A DNA stretch of 64,000 nucleotides. Origin: an uncultured virus (IMG/VR IMGVR_UViG_3300010885_066780) (taxonomy: Duplodnaviria > Heunggongvirae > Uroviricota > Caudoviricetes). Made by a program: the position numbers and the translations under genes. Under the pieces are notes generated by a model. The model was given only the letters and a program-made list of their open reading frames with translations, was not told where the DNA came from and ran no database searches. The stretch lies in the IMG/VR virus record IMGVR_UViG_3300010885_066780; one strand, given 5' to 3'. This document shows, piece by piece, positions 23,401 through 33,535 of the stretch. Position 1 is the first letter of the stretch, and every line of letters begins with the position of its first letter.

Positions 23401-25117
23401 ATCAACAATTGATGTTTTGGGTTCCAGAATATATGGTGGATATACTGGTTATGTTCCACCACCAACTACTGGATCAGGAAATATGGTATTGGCTACCAGT
23501 CCCACAGTATTTACTCCTACTTCAGTTGGCAACATTCGAATTAGTAACTTAGTCAATCAAAGCGGTATAGTATTCAGTGATGGATCAGTTCAATATTCAG
23601 CTGCCAATGTTTCTCAAATAAGACAAACATTTGTTGCAGATGGATCCACTTCTACGTTTACCGTAACCGGCGGTTATATTCCCAGCCAATTAGACGTTTA
23701 TGTAAATGGTATCAAACTATCTTATACAGATGTCAATGTTTCAAACGGAGCCGTTTTTTCAACCAATATAACTTATCCAGCAGGTGCTGTGATAGATGTT
23801 GTTGGAAACAAAACATATCTTGGTGCATATACAGGTTATACACCACCACCCTCAACTGGTTCTGGAAATATGGTGTTGAATAATTCTCCCATATTGACGT
23901 CTGCTACATTAAATTCACCAATATTGATCACACCTAATATAGGCACCCCAACCTTTGGTAATTTAATAAACGCCACTGGGATGCTGTTATCAAATACCAG
24001 TGGGGTTTTGCCCGTTACACGCGGAGGCACTGGTAATACAACCGCATTTACGAGTGGGTCAGTTGTATTTGCTGGTGCTTCAGGTACATATACACAAAAC
24101 AATAGCCAGTTATTTTGGGATAACACCAATAACAGATTGGGAATTGGTACTACATCACCTTCCTATCTTTTGGATGTGGTTGGTACCACAAACGGATTTG
24201 CAGGAACTAGAATTTATAATAATAACAGCGGATCATCTACTCTGACTTATCTCCAGTTAGGAAATGATTTAAATGGAGCAGCAGCCACAATCGGATTATC
24301 TAGTTCTACTAATGGTTCATGGCCAGGCGGCCCTGGCGCGCTATTCATAGCAAATGGCCTGGCATATCCTATTGCTTTTTCAACTTCCGGGGGCGAAAGA
24401 ATGCGAATAGATGCTGGAGGAAATGTGGGGATTGGTACTACTAGTCCAAATTCATTCGGTAAATTTGCAGTCAGTGGAGTGTTAGGAACGGTATATGTGG
24501 GGTTAAACGGAGATGCATTTGCATTTAGTAAGGGTGGAACAAATTATATTTCAACTAGTTCCAGTGGTGGTGCATTGCAATTCCAGACCGGAGCCAGTTC
24601 CAATGCGTTATTACTAGATAGTTCACAAAATGCCACTTTTTCTGCAAAAGTTGCTATCAGCACAAACAATAATTTTGCATTGGATATAACCGGTTCTAAT
24701 AATGGTTATTATGGGATGCGTATATACAACAATAACGGCGGCGCGTCTGCTGTCACGTATTTGCAATTGGGAAATGATTCAAATGCATATACAGGATATT
24801 TGGGATTAAATGGTGGTACCAATACAGGGGCAGTAGGCGGTGCTAATGCGGTTGTTTTGTCAAATGGTTTAACTGCACCAATCTCTTTTGTAACTAGCGG
24901 CGCCGAACGTATTCGAATAAATGGCACTGGGGGTATGGTAATTTATGGGTATTCATCTGGCACGCCCTTCATAACAGTAAATAATTCTGGTACTACGGGT
25001 GCACAAGTTGCAACATTTACTGCAACCAACAAACCTGGAACAGGAACAACCGCGCCTTCAAAATGGCTTCCAATCATAATGGATGGTACCACATATTATA
25101 TTCCTGCTTGGCAATAA
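20495..25117 (+). CDS. large tail fibre protein
   Basis: DFIVKNGL N-terminus, GNVGIGTT repeats, three LDVYVNG modules, ERMRI..GNVGIG modules. Confidence 0.85.
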   Translation: MANNIDFIVKNGLQVSSNLIVGQSYIGTTNPALNGAIIQGNVGIGTTNPTSNLHVVGTSNLVGNLRITNSAVQSGILFPDGTFQGTAAFYTPPGAPTNSIQYNNSGTFAGSSNLIWDPTNSRLGINKSVPSYALDVAGTISSNYLITGNIFTSNTATLQNLVANAAIQSLGSVTSNTLVGNLSITSLSTINSQGQATFNNVVSNTTIVGASLTSTGPINSAGTASFGAIISNSSLQTNTLQANAGIVATGPIQSTAAITANNFVANTNIITPGTITANGVAQFQSIISNSSIVGTNITSTGTILAAGQISANSLYSNTTIQSPNSITGNTIVGNLSITSLGTINSLGIATFQSIVSNTVIQATNFYAIGTINSGGATTVGSLVSNSLIQTNILQANALIQTPATVIANALIANNTITSLGTLNIAGTAVVNNLTSNSSVQATNINALINITAGQVGQFGSVISNSTVSATGISSTGTIAGNTIIGNLNISTPGALSVGSLTSVNNLVANTAIQSLGSLTSNTVISNLSIATPGTLVVGGQATVNSVVANTAIQSLGSITANTIVSNLSITGLGSLNISGAATVNSLVANTTILASGNITTLTNIIANNAITNSITNTGNITVNGLLKSGALQTAATIISGATTLTNLNFGQLIEVTGGPYTVTLTNPVLSSGAWFEFYLNNSSAVSITLSTPAGIFAGPSGNSGSSMVINSGLSSFITVMSDGTNWIVSNSVNVNSAGNVAIGNVAATSPLTVAGNVKIANTAIQAGIIFPDNTYQSTAATLPVRQTILVASNATNQTYNISGGYIPSQLDVYVNGVRLNYLDYTAINGANIQIAGSYTVGSIIDVVGNKTYSGYTGYTPPTTTGFGNMVLATSPTVFTPTVVGNIQISNLTAQSGIIFSDGSVQFSAANTAPVRQSFLADGSNVTYTISNGYIPNQLDVFVNGVKLDYTAYTALNGANITLSSVYPNGSTIDVLGSRIYGGYTGYVPPPTTGSGNMVLATSPTVFTPTSVGNIRISNLVNQSGIVFSDGSVQYSAANVSQIRQTFVADGSTSTFTVTGGYIPSQLDVYVNGIKLSYTDVNVSNGAVFSTNITYPAGAVIDVVGNKTYLGAYTGYTPPPSTGSGNMVLNNSPILTSATLNSPILITPNIGTPTFGNLINATGMLLSNTSGVLPVTRGGTGNTTAFTSGSVVFAGASGTYTQNNSQLFWDNTNNRLGIGTTSPSYLLDVVGTTNGFAGTRIYNNNSGSSTLTYLQLGNDLNGAAATIGLSSSTNGSWPGGPGALFIANGLAYPIAFSTSGGERMRIDAGGNVGIGTTSPNSFGKFAVSGVLGTVYVGLNGDAFAFSKGGTNYISTSSSGGALQFQTGASSNALLLDSSQNATFSAKVAISTNNNFALDITGSNNGYYGMRIYNNNGGASAVTYLQLGNDSNAYTGYLGLNGGTNTGAVGGANAVVLSNGLTAPISFVTSGAERIRINGTGGMVIYGYSSGTPFITVNNSGTTGAQVATFTATNKPGTGTTAPSKWLPIIMDGTTYYIPAWQ

Positions 25118-25453
25118 TGGATAAATAATAATATGACACAAAATGCCAGTTTAGCTCAATTCGCCAATTCAATTTCTGCATCAACAGGTACTGGTAATTT
25201 GGTGTTGTCTAATTCACCCACATTAACAACTCCTTTGTTGGGAACCCCAACATCAGGCAACTTGGTCAATACAACTGGATTACCACTTACAACTGGTGTA
25301 ACTGGTATTTTACCAGTTGCCAACGGCGGTACTGGATCATCTAGTGCATTTACTAGTGGGTCAGTTGTATTTGCTGGTGCTTCAGGTACATATACACAAA
25401 ACAATAGCCAGTTATTTTGGGATAACACCAATAACAGATTGGGAATTGGTACT
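24053..25453 (+). repeat. 99-bp identical direct repeat shared by two fibre genes (24053-24151 and 25355-25453)
   Basis: agtgggtcagttgtatttgctggtgcttcagg...gggaattggtact is identical in both copies. Confidence 0.85.
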
Positions 25454-27094
25454 GCATCACCATCATATGTCCTCGATGTAGTTGGATCATCAAATGGATA
25501 CCTGGGATCACGTATATACAATACTAACTCCGGAACTTCTGCGATTGCATATCTGCAATTTGGAAACAATAGCAATGCTACAGCTGGACTGCTTGCATAT
25601 AATGGTAGCAACAATATTGCATCTCTTGGAGGAGCAAATGCGCTAGTATTAAGCAATGGTTTGAGTGAACCCATTGTCTTTGCTACAGGAGGCACTAGTA
25701 GATTCAAAATAACTGGTACTGGGGATGTTCAAATTACTGGAACATCAGGTACCATAACACATGGCTACGCTGGACAAAATATGTCATTTTCATACAGTGG
25801 AGCGAATTATATTTCTACTAGTACCAGTGGTGGGTCACTAATTTTTCAAACCGGAACTAGCTCAACGGCGTTAACCTTAGATAGCTCACAAAATGCTACT
25901 TTTGTTGGAAATGTAACTATTAATAATTCTACGACATTGGTGCCTGGTGGATTAGCCGTAGCAGGAAATTCTGTTCCGGTAGCTGGAAGTTCTGCGTCAG
26001 TTTCATATAAATGGGAATCATCTAGTTTTACAGCTGAATCTTTGGGTGGTATATGGGGACAAAATACTTATTTCAACTGGGCATTTAACAAAGAATTTAA
26101 TTCATCAAATACCACTGGCCAAACTTTACCATATGGTTCAAACGTAACTACTCCATTGGCGGTCATTGCACAGAATAATGGTAGTAACGGACAAGTAGTA
26201 GGATTATTTGTTAGTGCTAATTCTAGAACAAATAATACCGTGACTTATGGCGCAAATATTATTGCAAATACGCCGAGTTCACAAACAAATGTCAGATTAA
26301 TTGGTATGGAAATTGACGTGGAATATGGATTGGGCGCCACATCACAGGCCGGCTCGGGAGGATTATTCATTAACGCATTCAATGCCGCTGTAACTGGTCC
26401 TTTTATGCAAATTGGAAGTGTTAGTGGTGGATCATTTAATAATGGATTGGGAATATATGGCATATATCCAAATTCAGCAGGCATTTTTACCAATGCACAA
26501 TATTGTGTTACTACAGGAAACATATCTAATGGGTCAAATCAATTAACTGGCGTAGTAAATAATTCAGGTTTATTTGTTGGATCAACTATAATAGGCACGG
26601 GGATACCTTCAAATACCACTGCTCTACAGGTTTCTTTGCAGGGAAATGGAACATCAACTGTAACGATGTCAAATAACGCAACTGCCACCACCACTGGTCT
26701 ATCAATAACTATTGATGGAAAAATGAATAGTTTTATTAATACTGCAAATGGTGATTATAGAAATACTGCAATAATATTGGGGTCAAATGTTTCAAATGGT
26801 ATTGCATTTGGTACTGGCGGAGCAGGTGTCTCGCCTTATATGTGGGGAGACACCAGTAACAATCTTAACATACAAATTTCTTCCGGTGGCGGTTATTTGA
26901 TTAAAAATAGTGTAGCAAATAACATGTTTTCGATAGATTCATCAGGGAATATGTCTTGGGGAAGCGCTGGTAGCAATATTGCTACTACCACCACAGCCCC
27001 CTCAGCCGGCGCCGCAGGTGCCTTGCCGGCGACTCCTGCAGGCTATGTCACGGTCTATATAAATGGTACTGCTAGAAAAATTGCATATTATTAA
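25133..27094 (+). CDS. tail fibre protein
   Basis: TP.LGTP.SG.L.N.TGLPL.TGVTG.LP.ANGGTG motif, LFWD..NNRLGIG, C-terminal P.GY....ING..RKI.YY. Confidence 0.8.
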   Translation: MTQNASLAQFANSISASTGTGNLVLSNSPTLTTPLLGTPTSGNLVNTTGLPLTTGVTGILPVANGGTGSSSAFTSGSVVFAGASGTYTQNNSQLFWDNTNNRLGIGTASPSYVLDVVGSSNGYLGSRIYNTNSGTSAIAYLQFGNNSNATAGLLAYNGSNNIASLGGANALVLSNGLSEPIVFATGGTSRFKITGTGDVQITGTSGTITHGYAGQNMSFSYSGANYISTSTSGGSLIFQTGTSSTALTLDSSQNATFVGNVTINNSTTLVPGGLAVAGNSVPVAGSSASVSYKWESSSFTAESLGGIWGQNTYFNWAFNKEFNSSNTTGQTLPYGSNVTTPLAVIAQNNGSNGQVVGLFVSANSRTNNTVTYGANIIANTPSSQTNVRLIGMEIDVEYGLGATSQAGSGGLFINAFNAAVTGPFMQIGSVSGGSFNNGLGIYGIYPNSAGIFTNAQYCVTTGNISNGSNQLTGVVNNSGLFVGSTIIGTGIPSNTTALQVSLQGNGTSTVTMSNNATATTTGLSITIDGKMNSFINTANGDYRNTAIILGSNVSNGIAFGTGGAGVSPYMWGDTSNNLNIQISSGGGYLIKNSVANNMFSIDSSGNMSWGSAGSNIATTTTAPSAGAAGALPATPAGYVTVYINGTARKIAYY

Positions 27095-27188
27095 TACGTT
27101 TGAATATCATGTTTGCAAAAATATAGTGATATCCTTTTGCTTTTGGCTCATTTCAGTTAAATATCAGTGTGGTATATAAGGCAATCCA

Positions 27189-27470
27189 ATGAAGAAATTG
27201 GCAGAGATAATCAACTTTCCTGGTACAAAAACTGCCAAAACTAGACGAACAAAAATTACAGACGTTCTTGTTGAACAACTAGTAACTGATAATCACATCA
27301 AAGTAGGACACGTGGATTTCACTTGCCCCAACTGTCAAAAAGTTGCAAAATTTGATTTCACTGATTTGATATTCAAAACGATTAAATTTTTTTGTGGGAA
27401 TTGCGGTCATGGTTATCAAATGACCAACCCGGTGTTTGATCAATCAAAGAAAAATACAAAAACAAATTGA
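27189..27470 (+). CDS. zinc-ribbon protein
   Basis: CPNC and CGNC motifs. Confidence 0.65.
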   Translation: MKKLAEIINFPGTKTAKTRRTKITDVLVEQLVTDNHIKVGHVDFTCPNCQKVAKFDFTDLIFKTIKFFCGNCGHGYQMTNPVFDQSKKNTKTN

Positions 27471-27500
27471 CTTCAACAACCAATTTTAAAACAATTAGAC

Positions 27501-27755
27501 ATGGAAGAATTCACAAATTTACCGGAACTATCTGAACTCAAAGACTCTGAATTAATTGATCAATTCAGCAAACTCTTAAGACGACATCAAATCGCCAGTA
27601 GTACAGGAATGCCACAGTCTGTTATTTCACAACTTGAAACATTTATGGCACATGTCCAGCAAGAACAACAGATGAGAATATATAAATTAGATCAATTGGA
27701 AGATGAACCATTTATAGTAATTGATACTGATCGAAAGCCCACTAAGGGGTTTTGA
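27501..27755 (+). CDS. hypothetical protein
   Basis: 84-aa ORF abutting the next gene. Confidence 0.5.
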   Translation: MEEFTNLPELSELKDSELIDQFSKLLRRHQIASSTGMPQSVISQLETFMAHVQQEQQMRIYKLDQLEDEPFIVIDTDRKPTKGF

Positions 27756-28274
27756 ATGCAACTGGAAAATCGAAAAATCCTACTAGATGGTACAGTTATT
27801 ATGTCTGAAAAAGGTTTATTTGAATTAGTCTATCAAGAAAAAAATATAGATGGACTGGTTTCAGAAAATACGAATGACACCATACAGTATAATTCTGCCG
27901 TAAAATTGCTGGATAGTGATTTCAAAAAATTAATTTTAACTGATCAGGAAATTTATGGCGATTATCTCTGGGACCAATATTGGCCAACTCCAGATGAATA
28001 TAAAAAACTCGATTTAAAAAAACATTTGATTGACAAATGTTCAACTACTGAAGAAATTCAACGAATCGAAGAAGAATGGATTTTATATGAAAAAAATTCA
28101 TTGATTCCAATGCTTTATTATTTGGTTTTTTTAATTGACAACTGGCGTAGCCAAAGTGTTGTTTGGGGTGTTGGGCGCGGAAGTTCGGTGGGATCATTCA
28201 TACTTTATCTTATTGGTTTGAATAGAATTAATCCTCTGGAATATGATTTATCAATACAGGATTTTCTGACATAA
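27756..28274 (+). CDS. stand-alone fragment of DNA polymerase III alpha (DnaE)
   Basis: R..EE, WGVGRGSSVGS.ILYLIG...INPL.YDL palm-region motif; only 172 aa. Confidence 0.8.
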   Translation: MQLENRKILLDGTVIMSEKGLFELVYQEKNIDGLVSENTNDTIQYNSAVKLLDSDFKKLILTDQEIYGDYLWDQYWPTPDEYKKLDLKKHLIDKCSTTEEIQRIEEEWILYEKNSLIPMLYYLVFLIDNWRSQSVVWGVGRGSSVGSFILYLIGLNRINPLEYDLSIQDFLT

Positions 28275-28298
28275 ATACTACTATAAAAGGAGATAAAA

Positions 28299-28664
28299 AT
28301 GGCTCAAGTAAGATCTATGAGAGGTGAAGTTGTTGATTTCAATGCACTTCAACAAGCACATGCAACCAAAGTTGCGTTGGGGAATGCCAGTATGAATGCC
28401 AAGGGAGACAAAGTGAATCCCAATGGCATTGTATTAAAAACACAGGAACAAATTGAAGCAGAATGGGCAGCACAACAAGCCAAAAATACTGCTAGCGTAA
28501 ATTTTGATATCAAAGGCGCAGTTCCAAAAGATTTGAAACAAGCATTGGATTTACATGATCAAAATTTTGATCCAATTGAATCAAAAGCAATTGAACCAAT
28601 TCCAGAACCCAAGCCTGAAAGTAAGCCAGCCGCAAAATCAGAAAAAACAGAGGCGCCAAAGTAA
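28299..28664 (+). CDS. hypothetical protein
   Basis: RSMRG..VD, A.GN...NA.GD motifs; strong RBS and late motif. Confidence 0.6.
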   Translation: MAQVRSMRGEVVDFNALQQAHATKVALGNASMNAKGDKVNPNGIVLKTQEQIEAEWAAQQAKNTASVNFDIKGAVPKDLKQALDLHDQNFDPIESKAIEPIPEPKPESKPAAKSEKTEAPK

Positions 28665-28993
28665 TGACCGACTATTTTTGGGAACTAGCAGAAGATCAAG
28701 AACTTCGTCCATTGGCTGATGCAGTATTAGTGCACAACATGGAATATGGTGAGAGAAAAACAGCAACAGGAATTATTATCCCGGATGACAATGGTAAAGA
28801 ATCTGGTATTCGTCCTAGACGGTGTCGTGTTTATGCGGTTGGTAAAAATGTTGATGAACTATCTCCGGGCGATTTAATTCTAGTTGCACATGGACGTTGG
28901 ACACGTGGTGTGAAAATAGTAGCAGAAGATGGTAGTTCAACAGTGGTACGCCGCGTTGATCCCAAAGATATTTTGCTGGTCATAGAAGACTGA
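28664..28993 (+). CDS. groES: GroES-like co-chaperonin
   Basis: LRPL.D.VLV, KTA.GIII, V.AVG, GD.ILV, DIL.V. Confidence 0.85.
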   Translation: MTDYFWELAEDQELRPLADAVLVHNMEYGERKTATGIIIPDDNGKESGIRPRRCRVYAVGKNVDELSPGDLILVAHGRWTRGVKIVAEDGSSTVVRRVDPKDILLVIED

Positions 28994-29058
28994 AAAGCTA
29001 GTTGCATTTTGATTGTCAACGTTATATCATCAAACAATGATATAGCGGAGGCGGTCTT

Positions 29059-29517
29059 ATGAAAATTCGGTATGAAAAAGGTGATTTGCTTGCAGGTCCC
29101 CAACGTGTGAAGTGTCATGGTGCGAATGCACTAGGTGTTATGGGTGCGGGCGTTGCATTGCAAATTAAACAGAAGTGGCCCAACGTATTTGAAATCTATC
29201 AACTGCGTCATCAAACGTTTGGTTTGAATTTGGGAGAAATTATTCCGGTCTATACGACTGATGGGTTTCTAATCTTGAATTGCATTACCCAACAAAATGT
29301 GGGCACTCACCAACGACAAGTTGATTATGCGGCCGTTGAAACTATCTTCAGTCAAATTAACGATAAAGTTCTGGATTGGGAAGTTTCTGAAGTTGCTATG
29401 CCACGAATTGGTGCGGGACTTGCCGGCGGTGATTGGGATATCATTTCAGAAATTATTGAACGTACTGCAACCAACTATACTCCAGTTGTTTGGGATTATG
29501 TTCCGGCTACTCAATAA
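29059..29517 (+). CDS. macrodomain protein (ADP-ribose processing)
   Basis: KGDL, HG.N..G.MGAGVA, MPRIGAGLAGGDW. Confidence 0.88.
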   Translation: MKIRYEKGDLLAGPQRVKCHGANALGVMGAGVALQIKQKWPNVFEIYQLRHQTFGLNLGEIIPVYTTDGFLILNCITQQNVGTHQRQVDYAAVETIFSQINDKVLDWEVSEVAMPRIGAGLAGGDWDIISEIIERTATNYTPVVWDYVPATQ

Positions 29518-29575
29518 ACAAATTTGATGATTGCTTTCAGATTCCCTATAATTGGGAAAAGAAGGCAATCATCAA

Positions 29576-30523
29576 ATGAATCAAGAAAAACAGCTTTGGA
29601 GAGAAAAGTATCGTCCCCAGACAATTGACGACTATGTTTGGGTAGATCAAAATCAACGTGATCAAGTAGAACGTTGGATTGCTGAAAAAAATCTTCCAGA
29701 CCTACTACTTAGCGGACCCGCAGGTATTGGAAAAAGCTCAGCCTCGAAGATGATTTTATCTGAAATTGGTGTTGATCCCAGTGACATCAAATATATCAAT
29801 GCTTCCAAAGAAAACAAAATAGATGATTTCAGAAATTTGGAAAACTTCATCGACACTATGCCCATGGGTGAATTTAAGTATGTGATACTAGACGAAGCCG
29901 ATCGAATTACGTCAAACGCCATGGACCTTCTAAAGAACATGATGGAAGAATATAGTTCTACTTGTCGCTGGATTCTAACAACCAATCACCCTAATAAAAT
30001 AACTCCCCCGATCAAAAGCAGGTGTGTTTGGTTTCATTTTGAAAAGTTGGATTGGGAACAATTTCTGACTCGTGCAGCTCATATTCTCATGGCAGAAAAC
30101 ATTGAATTGGATGATTCAGCATTGGATATTCTACAGGAATATGTAACTGCCAGTTATCCAGATCTACGTAAATGTATCAATTACCTACAACAAAATAGTC
30201 GAGATGGCAAGTTGCACCGGCCTAGTGCAAGTTCTGCAAGCTCAGGAACGCAGGAATATCTAGTTACGGCGATTAGTCATTTTAAAACTGGTGATATCAA
30301 ACGTGCACGAGAAGTCATTTCAGCAAATGTGCAGGAAAATGACTATGAAGACATTTATAGATTATTGTATAGAAATTTGAACTGGTGGGGATCAACTGAA
30401 AATCAACAGAATGTTGCTGTGATTCAAATAGCAAATCGTCTTCGAGACCATGCTGTTATAGCAGATCCTGAAATTTGTTTGAGTGCGTTGTTGATTGAAT
30501 TGGCTGAAATAGCAAACCAATAA
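29576..30523 (+). CDS. clamp loader small subunit (RFC/gp44-like AAA+)
   Basis: W.EKYRP, GPAGIGKS, ILDEAD, SRC, DLR. Confidence 0.9.
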   Translation: MNQEKQLWREKYRPQTIDDYVWVDQNQRDQVERWIAEKNLPDLLLSGPAGIGKSSASKMILSEIGVDPSDIKYINASKENKIDDFRNLENFIDTMPMGEFKYVILDEADRITSNAMDLLKNMMEEYSSTCRWILTTNHPNKITPPIKSRCVWFHFEKLDWEQFLTRAAHILMAENIELDDSALDILQEYVTASYPDLRKCINYLQQNSRDGKLHRPSASSASSGTQEYLVTAISHFKTGDIKRAREVISANVQENDYEDIYRLLYRNLNWWGSTENQQNVAVIQIANRLRDHAVIADPEICLSALLIELAEIANQ

Positions 30524-30530
30524 ATAAGGG

Positions 30531-32993
30531 ATGACAATCCCCTATTGGGTCACCCCTGCAAATTTGACCGCCGTTAATCTGGTAGTAACTGATTTAAATC
30601 AAACTCCAATTGTGATTGATTATCACTCTGATTCAATTGCAACAGTTGTTTTATTGAATGGAGTTTTCCCGACTGGGTTAATTTGGACAGTAGCTAACAA
30701 TAATTCTGTCACTATTTCTGGTACTCCGATTGCAGGGAGCTATGCTTGGACTTGGAGAATTACCAATTCAACAGCGATAAGTGATAGAACGTATTATCTT
30801 GATATAATAGAAGATCATAGTTTAGAGATTACATGGACCGGACAAACAACGGTTGTTGGCTATGCATCTGCTGCTAGAGAATCAACTTACCAAGTTCAAG
30901 CACAAACCAATTCCAGTAAATCAATTTCCTATTACTTGGTTCCGCCACTGGATAATACTGGTATCCCGACTGGTATGACTATAAACACCCTCACTGGAGT
31001 CATTACTTTTTTACCATCTAATAATATTGATGTTGTTACTGACATAAATTTCACAGCTAGAGCACAAATTGATTCAACTTATATAGACCAATTGTTAACA
31101 ATAATACAAGTGCCTATTGTATTTGAACCAATTTGGCAAACTCCTGCAAATGCGGTTCTTGATACAATAAAATCTGGTGAATTTTTTGAATACCAATTGC
31201 GCGCATTTAATCCCAATGTTGATAACATTGTTTATACATTAGTATCAGCATTGCCAACATCTACATTATTATTGACTTCAACTGGGTTAATACATGGTCG
31301 GGTTCCCAAGGTGACTCAAATAACAGATTATACCGTTGGAATAATTGCTCGAAATTCTACTGCAGGAGTCACCCAATATATCAAGTTTCGAGTATTGCCT
31401 AATATAGATGCGTTGTTGACATTTAATTCTAACGTAACTAATTTGGGTTCATATGAACAAGGGCAATTGGTTGTTTTTGATATCAGTGCCACTAGTACTA
31501 GGACTGGGAATTTGACTTATGCAATTGTTGGTGGAAACATTCCACCAGGACTAAGATTGGATTCATTCAATGGTGTTATAGTAGGATTTTTAGAATTCCA
31601 ACCGGTGACTCATTCATATGCTTGGGAAATATCAGTAACTGATGGAACTGCAACAATTTCACAGGGATATACTTTAAACGTATTGAGTCACGGCGTTCTT
31701 AGATTGGATGTCACGATACCACTAATGGGAAAAATCAAAGAACAGTGGATTACCACAAAACAACTACTCGTCGATACATTCGTTATTGAACCCTTTTCTG
31801 AATTTTTACCAATTGATAGTTCACATCCTCGTTTGAATTTGATTTCAGGATTGAATCCAAGTTGGGTGAATCCTGATCAATTTGAACAATATATACAACA
31901 GCAGTTGACACCCATAAATTTATCATTTGGAGCAGTATCGAATATTGCAATCGGTACAAATCAACAATTGTTTGTCAGTGTTTTGGATCCTCAAATAAAA
32001 TCAAATGAAACTGCCAATTTTCAAACAAGATCAATTATGGTGCCAAGTCTAACAAATATTAGAAATAATATAAAAACATATTATGATTTTGAATCATCAG
32101 GATGGGGTACCGCTGCATCGTTAGTTCCAATTATAAACACTAATGGGCAAATAGTTTCCGTTTCAATAGTAGCGTCTGGCAAAAATTATTTATTTGCTCC
32201 TGAACTCGTAGTCATTGGTACAGGCACAGGAGCCAAATTGGCCAGTAACTTGTCCATACAAAGCACTACCATAACTGGTTTGTCTGGTAATTGGTTGCCA
32301 GGTGACCGGGTTGTAGTTGATGTGGGTGAATTTGACGTGCCAGCAACAATTGTATTTTATTCAACAAATAACATTCCCAATTTTGTTGTAGAACACAGTG
32401 GAAATTATGCGAAATTTCCAAGTGGTGCACAAACGGTCTACAATCAATCAAATGCTCGGGCCACAGTGGAATTTTCATTGGGAATTTCTAATATTGGAAT
32501 TTTAAATTCTGGCGCAGGATATTCATCAAACACTCAAATTGAAATTAATTCAACTGAGCTATTAGACCCTGGCTTGACAACTTGGCAACCAGCTATCCCA
32601 CTGGCACTGGTAGCCGGTTCCAGCATGTCTAGAATTTTAGCAAATGAGCAAACAAATGCGCTATCTGGTTTGGAAGGCTATCAATTTATAGTTGATTATC
32701 TATTGTTGAATTACCAGGGAAAATTGTGGACTGGATCCAGCCGTTTTGACCAAGACTTAACAGCATTTGACGGAAACTCAACTACATTTGATGACTATTT
32801 GGAACCCAGCAATACATTATTTGATCAAACGGCAACAACCTGGGATAAAAATCAAACGTCGTTTGATTACAAGCATGATACAATTGTACAATATTCTGCA
32901 AATGCTACGGTATTTGAAACTAGTTTAGCAAACTTTACTTTGGAACCAACTCAAATATCAAGTAACACATTGATCAGGAAATTGATTAAATAG
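30531..32993 (+). CDS. virion structural protein with putative Ig-like repeats
   Basis: P.W.TP, IP.GL.L...G.I.G repeats, C-terminal T.FD repeats. Confidence 0.7.
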   Translation: MTIPYWVTPANLTAVNLVVTDLNQTPIVIDYHSDSIATVVLLNGVFPTGLIWTVANNNSVTISGTPIAGSYAWTWRITNSTAISDRTYYLDIIEDHSLEITWTGQTTVVGYASAARESTYQVQAQTNSSKSISYYLVPPLDNTGIPTGMTINTLTGVITFLPSNNIDVVTDINFTARAQIDSTYIDQLLTIIQVPIVFEPIWQTPANAVLDTIKSGEFFEYQLRAFNPNVDNIVYTLVSALPTSTLLLTSTGLIHGRVPKVTQITDYTVGIIARNSTAGVTQYIKFRVLPNIDALLTFNSNVTNLGSYEQGQLVVFDISATSTRTGNLTYAIVGGNIPPGLRLDSFNGVIVGFLEFQPVTHSYAWEISVTDGTATISQGYTLNVLSHGVLRLDVTIPLMGKIKEQWITTKQLLVDTFVIEPFSEFLPIDSSHPRLNLISGLNPSWVNPDQFEQYIQQQLTPINLSFGAVSNIAIGTNQQLFVSVLDPQIKSNETANFQTRSIMVPSLTNIRNNIKTYYDFESSGWGTAASLVPIINTNGQIVSVSIVASGKNYLFAPELVVIGTGTGAKLASNLSIQSTTITGLSGNWLPGDRVVVDVGEFDVPATIVFYSTNNIPNFVVEHSGNYAKFPSGAQTVYNQSNARATVEFSLGISNIGILNSGAGYSSNTQIEINSTELLDPGLTTWQPAIPLALVAGSSMSRILANEQTNALSGLEGYQFIVDYLLLNYQGKLWTGSSRFDQDLTAFDGNSTTFDDYLEPSNTLFDQTATTWDKNQTSFDYKHDTIVQYSANATVFETSLANFTLEPTQISSNTLIRKLIK

Positions 32994-33013
32994 TCTATAC
33001 ATTTAGGAAAAAC

Positions 33014-33535
33014 ATGACCGTAGGCAGCCGAGTAAATCCAAATTATCCTGTTCCAGGAATAAGCCAATCCAGCAAGGGACATCGAGACAATTATTCAATC
33101 ATCAAATCTGAGATTGAAAACTTGCAATCAAAAACGATTCAGCTAGTTGGAAGTGTCACCAGTACTACAATATTAATAGACAGTGGATCAGATCCAATTG
33201 TGATTCAGACCAGCCTGTCTAATTCACAAGCCCATTCACCCAACAAAATCAATACTGGAAACTCTATCACAGTAATTGATAGTTGGTCAAACACAAAATA
33301 CCGATCAGCAAAATATTTGATACAAGCAGTCGTTGGATCAAATGTGGAAATATCAGAAACACTGTTAGTTCAAAATCAAAGTTCAGTGTATATAAACACA
33401 GTAAATCATGTCAACGCAGGATATGTATTGGGAGTGTTATCGGCTGCTATGTCCAGTAGTAATGTAGTAGTTTCTTATAGTGGAACACAATCCAACATTA
33501 ATTTAAGTATTCAAACCAATTATTTTACTTTATAG
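33014..33535 (+). CDS. virion structural protein (N- and C-terminal domains shared with the 13131 fibre)
   Basis: YP..G..Q.S.G.RDN and IDSW...KYRSAKY. Confidence 0.7.
   Translation: MTVGSRVNPNYPVPGISQSSKGHRDNYSIIKSEIENLQSKTIQLVGSVTSTTILIDSGSDPIVIQTSLSNSQAHSPNKINTGNSITVIDSWSNTKYRSAKYLIQAVVGSNVEISETLLVQNQSSVYINTVNHVNAGYVLGVLSAAMSSSNVVVSYSGTQSNINLSIQTNYFTL

Noticed and set aside
13199..26523. Many antisense ORFs within the fibre genes
   Set aside because: Shadow frames of low-complexity coding sequence.
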